Shown here one piece after another: positions 7,359 to 14,745 of a stretch of DNA of 35,589 nucleotides (position 1 is the first letter of the stretch; each line of letters starts with the position of its first letter). The notes under the pieces were generated by a model. It searched no databases and was not told where the DNA came from. It was given only the letters and a program-made list of their open reading frames with translations. The position numbers and the translations under genes are program-made. Location: the NCBI GenBank assembly GCA_039917955.1, contig JBDSIN010000143.1:1-35589 (forward strand), read 5' to 3'. Source of the stretch: Candidatus Limnocylindria bacterium (GTDB lineage: Bacteria > Chloroflexota > Limnocylindria > QHBO01).

Positions 7359-8251
7359 CAACTCTGACGCTCGACGTGCGCGACGTCACCAAGCGCTTCG
7401 GTGACGGCGAGACCGCGGTGACCGCCGTTCGTGGGGTCACCCTCGCCGTCGACCCGGGCGAGGTCGTCCTGATCATGGGTCCATCGGGCTCGGGCAAGAC
7501 GACACTGCTGTCGATGATGGGCGCTCTCCTGCGGCCGACATCCGGCTCGATCCACCTCGACGGGACCGAGATCAGCGCCCTCTCCGAGGCTCGCCTGCCC
7601 GCTATCCGGCTGCGTCAGTTCGGGTTCATCTTCCAGGACTTCAACCTGCTGTCGGCCCTGTCGGTCCGTGAGAACGTGGCACTCGTCGCCGAGCTGGCGG
7701 GCCTCAGCGGACGTGCGGCGCGGGACAAGGCAAGCGCGCTGCTTACCGAGCTGGGCCTCGGCGAGCGGCTCGACTTCCTGCCGGAGAAGCTGTCGGGTGG
7801 AGAGAAGCAGCGGGTGGCGATCGCCCGGGCGCTGATCAACGATCCGACGCTCATCCTGGCCGACGAGCCAACCGCCAACCTCGACTCAAAGATCGGGCAC
7901 GAGATCATGCGCCTGCTGCGGCGCATTGCCAAGGACCAGGGACGCAGCGTGGTCATCGTCAGCCACGACCAGCGCATCCGTGACATCGCCGACCGCGTGC
8001 TGTGGCTCGAGGATGGCGCCTTCAAGGACATGGTGACGATGGCCACCGACCCGGTGTGCGGCATGGCGGTCGAGCGCGAGCGGGTGGTCAGCGGGAGTCG
8101 GGACGGGGAGACCTACTTCTTCTGCTCGAACGGCTGTCGGGCCGAATTCCTCGCCGCCGATGGGCAGGGGCCGCGGAACTGGATCCGGGCGGCGTCCGCG
8201 CTCATCTCACGACACACCACTCCAACCGGTGGTCGCCGCGGTCGCGACTGA
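7355..8251 (+). CDS. ABC transporter ATP-binding protein (MacB/LolD-like) fused to a C-terminal YHS/TRASH metal-binding domain
   Basis: Walker A GPSGSGKTT, signature LSGGEKQRVAIARAL, Walker B LILADEPT. The C-terminal DPVCGMAVE...YFFCSNGCRAEF (about nt 8045-8155) matches the YHS pattern. Confidence 0.9.
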   Translation: MTTLTLDVRDVTKRFGDGETAVTAVRGVTLAVDPGEVVLIMGPSGSGKTTLLSMMGALLRPTSGSIHLDGTEISALSEARLPAIRLRQFGFIFQDFNLLSALSVRENVALVAELAGLSGRAARDKASALLTELGLGERLDFLPEKLSGGEKQRVAIARALINDPTLILADEPTANLDSKIGHEIMRLLRRIAKDQGRSVVIVSHDQRIRDIADRVLWLEDGAFKDMVTMATDPVCGMAVERERVVSGSRDGETYFFCSNGCRAEFLAADGQGPRNWIRAASALISRHTTPTGGRRGRD

Positions 8252-8359
8252 CCGAGCTCGCCGCCGGTTGCGGCGCGGATCCTCGCCATCGAGGCTGCGA
8301 GGGTCGGGAGGGACCTGAGAATCCCGGCCCGGACGGCTCCGGCTCGACCAGGTGCATGT

Positions 8360-8386
8360 CTCATCTACCACTCAGCCTGATCTCAG
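8360..8386 (+). promoter_or_regulatory. Phased CTCA box (site S3)
   Basis: CTCATctaccaCTCAGcctgatCTCAG, with repeat starts at 8360/8371/8382. It lies 58 nt upstream of the ATG at 8444. Confidence 0.45.
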
Positions 8387-8443
8387 GTTTCGCCACGACA
8401 GTCAACTCCAACGAAACGCCAACCAGTTACCTCGAGGTGGTCA

Positions 8444-8650
8444 ATGACACGAACCCTCCGACTCGCGCTGGCGACGGTCGCCCTCGTGGGCCTGCTCGTC
8501 GGGGCCAGCCCGGTTGCCGCCGCGGAAGACGGGGCCGCCTACGGCGCCCACGTCGCCCACCACGCGACGACCGAAGGCGGCTTCAGTGGCGCCTGCAACC
8601 CGGGCATGCACCGCGGTTTCTCCGACAGGGCGGTCTGTCCGGGCCACTGA
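8444..8650 (+). CDS. Small secreted His/Cys-containing protein (hypothetical)
   Basis: GAGGTGG SD element ends 3 nt before the ATG (3-nt spacer). Signal peptide LALATVALVGLLVGASPVAAA. The roughly 42-aa mature part, EDGAAYGAHVAHHATTEGGFSGACNPGMHRGFSDRAVCPGH, has 5 His and 2 Cys. Confidence 0.55.
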   Translation: MTRTLRLALATVALVGLLVGASPVAAAEDGAAYGAHVAHHATTEGGFSGACNPGMHRGFSDRAVCPGH

Positions 8651-8669
8651 GGCGACCTGCGGTGAGACG

Positions 8670-9311
8670 ATGATGACCTTCGGGAGTGGATCCTTCGGGG
8701 ACTGGATCATGATCCTTGTGCCCATCGCGCTCGTCGTCGGGGTCGTTCTGATCGCGCTCTGGGCGGTCCGGCTCCTGGGCGGGGGTGCCGAGGACGACGC
8801 GCTCCGTCAGCTCCGGGCCAGGTTCGCGCGGGGCGAGATCGAGGCGCCGCAGTTCGAAGAGATGCGACGGGCCCTCGAGGCGACGGACGGACCGCGAACG
8901 GGTCGAAGCGCCCTCGGCATCGTCGGACTCGTCCTCGTCGTGGGGGCCATCCTCCTCGGCACCGCCGCCGGCTGGGGTGGGACGACCGGGCCGGGCTGGG
9001 GCGGGATGATGGGACCCGGCGGGATGATGGGCTGGGGACCCGCCCCCACCGCCCCGGCGGGGACCTCCGTGCGCATGGCCGGGTCGCGGTTCGAGCCGGC
9101 GACGCTGACCATCGCCCCGGGCGCGACCGTACGCTGGTTCAACGACGACGCCCTGCCGCACACCGTCACCGCCTCCGACGGCTCGTGGGACTCGGGCAAC
9201 CTCTCGCCCGGAGGCTCCTACGAGCGTCGCTTCGACTCACCGGGCACGTACGCGTATCTCTGCCGCTACCACCCGGGCCAGGCCGGCTCGATCGAGGTTC
9301 GGGCGCCCTGA
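8670..9311 (+). CDS. TM-SHOCT-TM-Met/Gly-rich-cupredoxin fusion protein (type-1 copper site with putative axial Gln)
   Basis: SHOCT motif LRARFARGEIEAPQFEEMRRAL, Met/Gly tract GWGGMMGPGGMMGWG, and plastocyanin/amicyanin-like ligands PHTV...YLCRYHPGQ. Confidence 0.8.
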   Translation: MMTFGSGSFGDWIMILVPIALVVGVVLIALWAVRLLGGGAEDDALRQLRARFARGEIEAPQFEEMRRALEATDGPRTGRSALGIVGLVLVVGAILLGTAAGWGGTTGPGWGGMMGPGGMMGWGPAPTAPAGTSVRMAGSRFEPATLTIAPGATVRWFNDDALPHTVTASDGSWDSGNLSPGGSYERRFDSPGTYAYLCRYHPGQAGSIEVRAP

Positions 9312-9346
9312 CCAGGGGGCCGCGTTGAAGGGGCCAAACCCCACGC

Positions 9347-9373
9347 CTCACCTCGCTCCCACCTCGCTCTCAT
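9347..9373 (+). promoter_or_regulatory. Phased CTCA box (site S4), upstream of cytochrome b
   Basis: CTCACctcgctCCCACctcgctCTCAT, with repeat starts at 9347/9358/9369. The first two units form an 11-nt direct repeat. Confidence 0.4.
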
Positions 9374-9467
9374 CGGACGCTAAGGACGAGGGAGTCCGAT
9401 AACCGCGCACACGACAGCCCTTCGCCGAACACCCGACCGCAAAGGACGGCGGGGAAGGAGAACCTCC

Positions 9468-10556
9468 ATGGGTACCCACGGGGCCATCGGCCAGCGGCGA
9501 TCCTGGCATAGGGCATGGGAGGCGCTCGACGAGCGCCTCGGCCTCAGCGGGCTGGCCTATCCGGTGCCGGCCCACGCCAACGGCATCGGCTACATCCTGG
9601 GCGGTATCACCTTCTTCGGTTTCCTCATCCTGGCGGCGACCGGCATCTGGCTCTCCCAGTTCTACCACCCCACGCCGTCCTCGGCCCGCGAGAGCGTGGT
9701 CTACATCATGAACATGGCCCCGCTCGGCGACCTCGTCCGGGGCATCCACTTCTGGGTGGCCAATATCGTGATGGCCACCGTGCTGCTGCACATGGGCCGC
9801 GTCTTCGTGACGGGCTCCTACAAGCGGCCGCGCGAGGCGAACTGGCTCATTGGGCTCGGGCTGCTCGGGGTGACGCTGGGCCTGCTCTTCACTGGCACGG
9901 TCCTGAAATGGGACCAGGAGGCCTACGAGGCCCTCGCCCACAACGTCGAGATGGGCGACCTGCTCGGCGCCTTCGGCTTCTGGTTCTCGGCTGACTTCGC
10001 GGCCAGCCTGCCGATCCTGGGCAGGCTGTATATAGCCCACATCGCCATCCTGCCCGCGCTCGGGGTGCTGCTGCTGCTCGCCCATTTTCTCCTCGTCAAG
10101 CGCCACGGCATCTCGGCGCTGCCGGCGCAGGCTGACGCAGCGGTCGACGGCGGACCGATCCCGGCGAAGGGTGGATCGACGTTCACCGCCCACCTGGCGC
10201 GGATGGCGGGGTTCGGCCTGCTGATGCTCGCCGCGGCGACGATCGTGTCGCTCATCTGGCCGGCGGGCCTTGGACCGCGCCCCGTGCCGGGCGTTGAGGA
10301 GACGAAGCCGCCGTGGATGTTCCTGCCCTTCTATCCGCTCGAGGACTGGTTCGGGCTGATCGCCCTGTTCTGGGCCCCGGCGCTGCTGTTCGGCGGGCTG
10401 GCACTCGTGCCGTTCATCGACCGCAGCCCGTACCGCTCCCCCGCGCGGCGTCGAGTGTTCATCGCCATCGGCGCCATCGTGGCCATAGCGCTCACCGCGC
10501 TGGTGATGTACGCCCTGTTCACCGTGCCCCAGGCGCACATCCAGGAGGCGATGTGA
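9468..10556 (+). CDS. Cytochrome b (bc-complex type, fused N- and C-terminal domains)
   Basis: Two helix-embedded His pairs spaced about 14 residues apart (IHFWVANIVMATVLLHM and AHIAILPALGVLLLLAH). Conserved KWDQ and PPWMFLPFY motifs. GGAAGGAG SD element. Confidence 0.9.
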   Translation: MGTHGAIGQRRSWHRAWEALDERLGLSGLAYPVPAHANGIGYILGGITFFGFLILAATGIWLSQFYHPTPSSARESVVYIMNMAPLGDLVRGIHFWVANIVMATVLLHMGRVFVTGSYKRPREANWLIGLGLLGVTLGLLFTGTVLKWDQEAYEALAHNVEMGDLLGAFGFWFSADFAASLPILGRLYIAHIAILPALGVLLLLAHFLLVKRHGISALPAQADAAVDGGPIPAKGGSTFTAHLARMAGFGLLMLAAATIVSLIWPAGLGPRPVPGVEETKPPWMFLPFYPLEDWFGLIALFWAPALLFGGLALVPFIDRSPYRSPARRRVFIAIGAIVAIALTALVMYALFTVPQAHIQEAM

Positions 10557-10765
10557 TGGCCGCCGTGCTGTTCCGGCTCGCGTTGCTGGCGACCGGCCTG
10601 GGCGTGACGGAGATCGGTCTCGGCAACGCGCTGGCCGCAGGATCGCCGTGGGGCTGGGCGCTCGTCCTTTTCCTCGGGCTCCCGCTGATCGTCGCCGGCT
10701 CCGCGGGCTTCATGGTCACGCTTCTTGGCGGAAGCAAGCAGAAAGGCAGATCCACCGATGCGTAG
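10556..10765 (+). CDS. Small 2-TM membrane protein (hypothetical)
   Basis: TGATG coupling to the cytochrome b gene, with AGGAGG upstream. Hydrophobic sequence AAVLFRLALLATGLGV...WALVLFLGLPLIVAGSAGFMVTLLGG. Confidence 0.45.
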   Translation: MAAVLFRLALLATGLGVTEIGLGNALAAGSPWGWALVLFLGLPLIVAGSAGFMVTLLGGSKQKGRSTDA

Positions 10766-11282
10766 CTCCGTACCGTTTGGCATGGTGGCCGGGCTGTTGC
10801 TGGTGCTCGGCTCCGCCGCGACCGTGCTGGCCGACGGCAGCGGCGAGGAGGGGATCGGCGTCGAGCCGGCCAGCGTGACGGCTGGTGACACGGTCATCCT
10901 CGCCGGCAGCGGGCTGGAGCCCAACAACGAGCGGGTGATCGTCCTGGCCGGGCAGGATCTCGTCGTCGACTTTGGCACGGTCACCACCGACGCCGCGGGA
11001 ATGTTCCAGACCGAGCTGACCATTCCCAGCCACCTCCCATCCGGGGTCTACGAGTTCCGCGCCATCGGCGACGAGATCCTCACCGCGCCGCTGGCGGTCA
11101 CCGCCGCGGCTGGTGGGGCGGGGTCGTCACCGGTTCCAAACGACCTCAGCAACACCGTCGTGCCTCGCGAGCGAACGGCGATCGAGTTCGGCGTGGTCCT
11201 CGCCCTCGCCGCCGCCGCCGCCCTCGCGGGCGCATTCCTGGTCTGGCGCGCGGAGGGTCGGCGGAGCACGTCAGCCACGTGA
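10758..11282 (+). CDS. Secreted beta-sandwich (Ig-like) protein with C-terminal TM anchor (hypothetical)
   Basis: Signal peptide MRSSVPFGMVAGLLLVLGSAATVLA and C-terminal helix FGVVLALAAAAALAGAFLVW followed by RAEGRR. Overlaps the previous stop. Confidence 0.6.
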   Translation: MRSSVPFGMVAGLLLVLGSAATVLADGSGEEGIGVEPASVTAGDTVILAGSGLEPNNERVIVLAGQDLVVDFGTVTTDAAGMFQTELTIPSHLPSGVYEFRAIGDEILTAPLAVTAAAGGAGSSPVPNDLSNTVVPRERTAIEFGVVLALAAAAALAGAFLVWRAEGRRSTSAT

Positions 11283-11327
11283 GCCGGGGGTGCTGCTCGT
11301 GCGGCCCGGCGGCATCCTGGCCGGCCT

Positions 11328-11354
11328 CTCAGCGTGCTCTCAGGCAATGCTCAC
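11328..11354 (+). promoter_or_regulatory. Phased CTCAG box (site S5), upstream of the CsoR-like operon
   Basis: CTCAGcgtgctCTCAGgcaatgCTCAC, with repeat starts at 11328/11339/11350. It lies 55 nt upstream of the ATG at 11409. Confidence 0.45.
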
Positions 11355-11408
11355 GGCCGATTCACCCGCAACCTGCACCGTTTCAGCGGCAAGGGAGGAT
11401 TGGTCCGC

Positions 11409-11756
11409 ATGAGCATGTCAGCCGGTGATCGAGGGGGTGCTGTTCGGCACGCCCAGCGAGCAGCCGGCCAGGCCTCCGCCGTCGCCACCATGATCGCGGG
11501 CAGCCGGCCATTCGCCGACGTGGCGCAGCAGCTGCTCGCCGCACGTGGATCGCTCGACTCACTGCTCGTGCGCCTTGTCGAACTCGAACTTGAGGGTTGC
11601 GTCCCGAACCCCACGGCGCGCAGGGAGGTGCACGAATTGCTGCACTCCGCGAGGGGGCGGGCGGGACACAGCCGGCACGCGGCTCGCTCGCGGATCGGCC
11701 GGCCGCCGGAGGAGGCGGAACCGCCACGTGTCTTGGAAGGAAGGACATCTTCATGA
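11409..11756 (+). CDS. CsoR/RcnR-family (DUF156) transcriptional repressor, non-canonical ligand set
   Basis: Helical pattern AQRAAGQASAVATMIAGSRPFADVAQQLLAARGSLDSLLVRLVELELEGCV aligns by eye to the CsoR core. The first Cys is replaced by F and the His by E. Confidence 0.65.
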   Translation: MSMSAGDRGGAVRHAQRAAGQASAVATMIAGSRPFADVAQQLLAARGSLDSLLVRLVELELEGCVPNPTARREVHELLHSARGRAGHSRHAARSRIGRPPEEAEPPRVLEGRTSS

Positions 11757-12244
11757 CTCGTCGAGCTCAGACGGGACGCATCCAGCGGCATTCTCCAATG
11801 CCGGCTGACTCTCGATCGATGGCATCGGCCGTGCCGCGTTCGGTCCGGTTGGGCGCATTTGCGGCGCTGGCGCTGGTCGTGGGCGGTGTCGCCATCGCTC
11901 TCGTGGTGAGCCGCCTCCAGGGACCCGCCGCGACCGATACCACTGCCATCAGCGTTCGGGCAAGCATGGGTGGCTTCGATCCCTCGGCGCTCATCGTCAA
12001 GCCGGGTGAGACGGTTCGGATCGAGCTCACCAGCCTCGACACGGCGTTCCACAGCGACGGTGGCGGCTGGCATCAGTTTGCGATCGACGAGCTCGGCGTT
12101 GACTGGAAGGTCGGGCCGCAGACCAGCGAGGTCTTCGAGCTCATTGCCCCTACCGCGCCGGGGACCTATAGCTGGTACTGCGATATCTGCTGCGGCGGCA
12201 AGGAGAACCCGTCGATGCGCGGCACGCTGACCGTGGCGGCGTGA
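11753..12244 (+). CDS. Membrane-anchored cupredoxin-like protein with YCDICCGGKENPSMRG motif (paralog of 1099-1572)
   Basis: ATGA coupling to the CsoR-like gene. TM helix LGAFAALALVVGGVAIALVV. Shared blocks SMGGFDP, DEL, PGTYSWYCDICCGGKE, GTLTVAA. Confidence 0.75.
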   Translation: MTRRAQTGRIQRHSPMPADSRSMASAVPRSVRLGAFAALALVVGGVAIALVVSRLQGPAATDTTAISVRASMGGFDPSALIVKPGETVRIELTSLDTAFHSDGGGWHQFAIDELGVDWKVGPQTSEVFELIAPTAPGTYSWYCDICCGGKENPSMRGTLTVAA

Positions 12245-13113
12245 TGGGCGCCGCGACCGGGCAGCCGCGCGCTCGCCCGCGGCTGCTTATCCTCGTCGTC
12301 GGTGCGGTTGTGGCCGCCGCCGCCGCCGCTGTCCTGGTCCCGGGACCGGCGCCCGCGGGCCACGAGGCCCTGGCCGACCTGAGCCTGCCGGCCATCATCG
12401 GCGCCGGGGTGCTCGATGGCTTCAACCCCTGCGCCTTCGGGGTCCTCATCCTGTTTGCGACCTTTGCGCTGGGGCTGGCGGCACGCCAGTCGCTCGCCGC
12501 CGGCGCTGGTGCTCCCGGCGCTGGTGCTCCAGACGTACGGGGGGCTAGCCGCACCGTGCTCGGACTGGGGTCATTCTTCGTCCTCGGCGTGCTGGCCACC
12601 TACTTCCTGCTCGGCCTGGGCCTCCTGACCGTGCTCTCCTCGCTGACCGACTTCGGTGGCAACCATCTGCCGAGCCGAGTTGCGGCCCTCGTCGCGGTCG
12701 GGCTCGGGCTGTGGATGCTTCGCGACGTGCTCCTGCCCGATGCGCGCTGGAAGCTGGAGGCTCCCCACGCGCTCCACGGCCGCATGCGCGACTGGGCGCG
12801 GTCGAGCTCACCGGTGGCGCTCTTCGGCGGCGGCGTCCTGATCGGACTCTGCACGGTCCCGTGCAGCGGGGCGGTCTACCTCGGCGTGGTGGCGCTCCTG
12901 GGAGTCAGCGGCACGTTCTCGGCGGGCCTCGGCGGCCTCGCCCTCTACAACCTGGCCTACATCACGCCGCTGGTCGGCCTGCTGGTGCTGGCCAGCCGAC
13001 CGGGCCTGATCCGGGTCATCAATCGCTGGCACCTGGAGCACGCGGAGGGCACCAGGCTGCTCCTGGCGATCGTGGTCCTCGCGCTCGGGTTCGCGATTCT
13101 ACTGACGGTATAG
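12241..13113 (+). CDS. CcdA/DsbD-family transmembrane protein (paralog of 1574-2449)
   Basis: GTGATG overlap with the upstream stop. Motifs LDGFNPCAF and LCTVPCSGAVYL. Confidence 0.8.
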   Translation: MMGAATGQPRARPRLLILVVGAVVAAAAAAVLVPGPAPAGHEALADLSLPAIIGAGVLDGFNPCAFGVLILFATFALGLAARQSLAAGAGAPGAGAPDVRGASRTVLGLGSFFVLGVLATYFLLGLGLLTVLSSLTDFGGNHLPSRVAALVAVGLGLWMLRDVLLPDARWKLEAPHALHGRMRDWARSSSPVALFGGGVLIGLCTVPCSGAVYLGVVALLGVSGTFSAGLGGLALYNLAYITPLVGLLVLASRPGLIRVINRWHLEHAEGTRLLLAIVVLALGFAILLTV

Positions 13114-13130
13114 AGGTGGCCGGTCGGGTT

Positions 13131-13168
13131 CTCAGCGCGCCGTTACCCGCTCCTCATCGCGGCCTCAG
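13131..13168 (+). promoter_or_regulatory. Phased CTCA box (site S6), upstream of the lgt-copA operon
   Basis: CTCAGcgcgccGTTACccgctcCTCATcgcggcCTCAG, with units at 13131/13142 (degenerate)/13153/13164. The ATG at 13191 is 27 nt from the last repeat start, the same spacing as S2. Confidence 0.45.
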
Positions 13169-13190
13169 GTTGAGCCGCTGGAATTGCGGC

Positions 13191-13382
13191 ATGCCGGACC
13201 TGCTCGCCACCGTCCTCATCGTCGTCGCCATCCTGCTCGTTGCCGACCTGCTTCTCGCGGGCGGCGCGATGACGATGACGGGCGTGTCGGCCATGATGGG
13301 CGCCTTCGGCCATCCGCTCGCGGCCGCCGCGCTCGTTGTTCTGGTCGTGGCGCTCATCCTGGTACTCGGGAGTCCGGGGTAG
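13191..13382 (+). CDS. Small 2-TM membrane protein (hypothetical)
   Basis: MPDLLATVLIVVAILLVADLLLAGG...AAAALVVLVVALILVLG. High GC at third codon positions. The stop lies 2 nt before the next ATG. Confidence 0.45.
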   Translation: MPDLLATVLIVVAILLVADLLLAGGAMTMTGVSAMMGAFGHPLAAAALVVLVVALILVLGSPG

Positions 13383-13384
13383 CC

Positions 13385-13915
13385 ATGCTTGAGCACGCGG
13401 TCCGGGCACGGCTCGACCCCGATGGTCTGCACCAGGTCGTGGAGGTCGCGGTTCGCGGTGGCTACCGACCCAGCACCATCCTGGCGCGCGCCGGGGTGCC
13501 CCTGCGCATCGTCTTCCGGCGCAACGATGACGACGTCTGCTCGGAGCGCGTCATCTTTTCAAAGCCGCGCGTCGATCGCCACCTGGCGCCGTCCGGTGCC
13601 ACTGCCGTCGAGCTGCCCGCGCAGCCGCCCGGCGAGATCCGCTTCACCTGCGGCATGGGCCGCTACCGCGGCCGCATCGCCGTCGTCGACGAGAGTCGGA
13701 CATCGCTGGCGGGCCGGCTGCACGAGCAGGTATCGCGGCTCGAGGCCGCACTCGGCACCAGGATCGTCCTGTTGCTCTGTTCGCTCCCGCTGATTGCCGT
13801 GCTCACGCTCGTGTTCATCGATGCGAAGGCGGCCATCGCCTTCGCCGCCGCCGCGCTGGCCGCCTGGGTAGCCGGCTGTCTCTGGGCACTCCGCGCCTCT
13901 GCGCCGTCGAGGTAG
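13385..13915 (+). CDS. Cupredoxin_1-domain protein with C-terminal TM anchors
   Basis: GGYRPSTILARAGVPLRIVFRRNDDDVCSERVIF...IRFTCGMGRYRGRIAVV parallels 17304-17687. No N-terminal signal peptide. Two C-terminal hydrophobic helices. Confidence 0.7.
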   Translation: MLEHAVRARLDPDGLHQVVEVAVRGGYRPSTILARAGVPLRIVFRRNDDDVCSERVIFSKPRVDRHLAPSGATAVELPAQPPGEIRFTCGMGRYRGRIAVVDESRTSLAGRLHEQVSRLEAALGTRIVLLLCSLPLIAVLTLVFIDAKAAIAFAAAALAAWVAGCLWALRASAPSR

Positions 13916-13923
13916 GGGAGAGC

Positions 13924-14745
13924 GTGCCGTTCGTCATCGACATCGACCCGATCGCCTTCTCGGTGCTCGGCCTTCACGTGCGGTGGTACGGGATCATCGT
14001 CGCCGGCGCGGCCGCGGTCGCAGTGTGGTTGACCATGCGTGAGGCGCGTCGCCGCGGCATCGGTTCGGAAACGGTCTCAGATGCCGCGATTTGGGCGGCG
14101 GTGGCAGCGCTCGTCGGTGGGCGAGCGCTGTACGTTGCCCAGAACGAGCTCGGCACGCTGGGCGAGGATCCAGCGCACCTGTTCATGGTCTGGAACGGCG
14201 GTCTCTCCTTCTACGGCGGGTTGCTCGGCGCCCTGCTCGCCCTGCTCGTCTTCGCCCGGCGGAGCGGAATCGCCCTTCTGCCACTGCTGGACGTGGCCGC
14301 GCCGGCCGCGGCGATCGGCCAGGCCATCGGGCACATCGGCTGCCTGATCGGCGGCGACTCGTATGGGATCCCCACCGACCTGCCCTGGGCGGTCGTCTAT
14401 CGAAACGTGGATGCCATGGCGCCGGTTGGCGTGCCGCTGCACCCCACGCAGGCGTACGAGGCGGTCCTGCTGGCCGCACTGTTCGCCGGGCTCTGGCTCG
14501 GCCGCGAGCGCCTGGCGCGGATCGGGGAGGGGGCGGTCGCCGCCACCTACCTTGTCGGCCTGGCCGGCATCCGCTTCGGGCTCTTCTATCTGCGCGACGA
14601 GCCCAGCGTGCTCCTGGGGCTCAAGACCGCCCAGCTGATGGGACTCGGGATTGCGCTCCTGGCGATCGTCCTCTTCGTCGCCGCGCGCCGGCAGACGCGC
14701 TCCACTCCCATCGCCCATGCACAGCTGGAGGCCATTCGACCATGA
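13924..14745 (+). CDS. lgt: Prolipoprotein diacylglyceryl transferase
   Basis: RWYGIIVA, WNGGLSFYGGLLGALLA, GHIGCLIGGDSYG and HPTQAYEA. GTG start after GGGGAG. Confidence 0.9.
   Translation: MPFVIDIDPIAFSVLGLHVRWYGIIVAGAAAVAVWLTMREARRRGIGSETVSDAAIWAAVAALVGGRALYVAQNELGTLGEDPAHLFMVWNGGLSFYGGLLGALLALLVFARRSGIALLPLLDVAAPAAAIGQAIGHIGCLIGGDSYGIPTDLPWAVVYRNVDAMAPVGVPLHPTQAYEAVLLAALFAGLWLGRERLARIGEGAVAATYLVGLAGIRFGLFYLRDEPSVLLGLKTAQLMGLGIALLAIVLFVAARRQTRSTPIAHAQLEAIRP

Noticed and set aside
6060-7361. 433-aa minus-strand ORF antisense to the second FtsX permease.
   Set aside because: The translation is an Arg/Gly/Asp/His-rich low-complexity sequence typical of antisense frames in high-GC DNA. The plus-strand frame has clear FtsX motifs and coupled starts.
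9348-10538. 396-aa minus-strand ORF antisense to cytochrome b.
   Set aside because: It is Arg/Glu/Gly-rich with no recognisable domain. The plus frame encodes an unmistakable di-haem cytochrome b.
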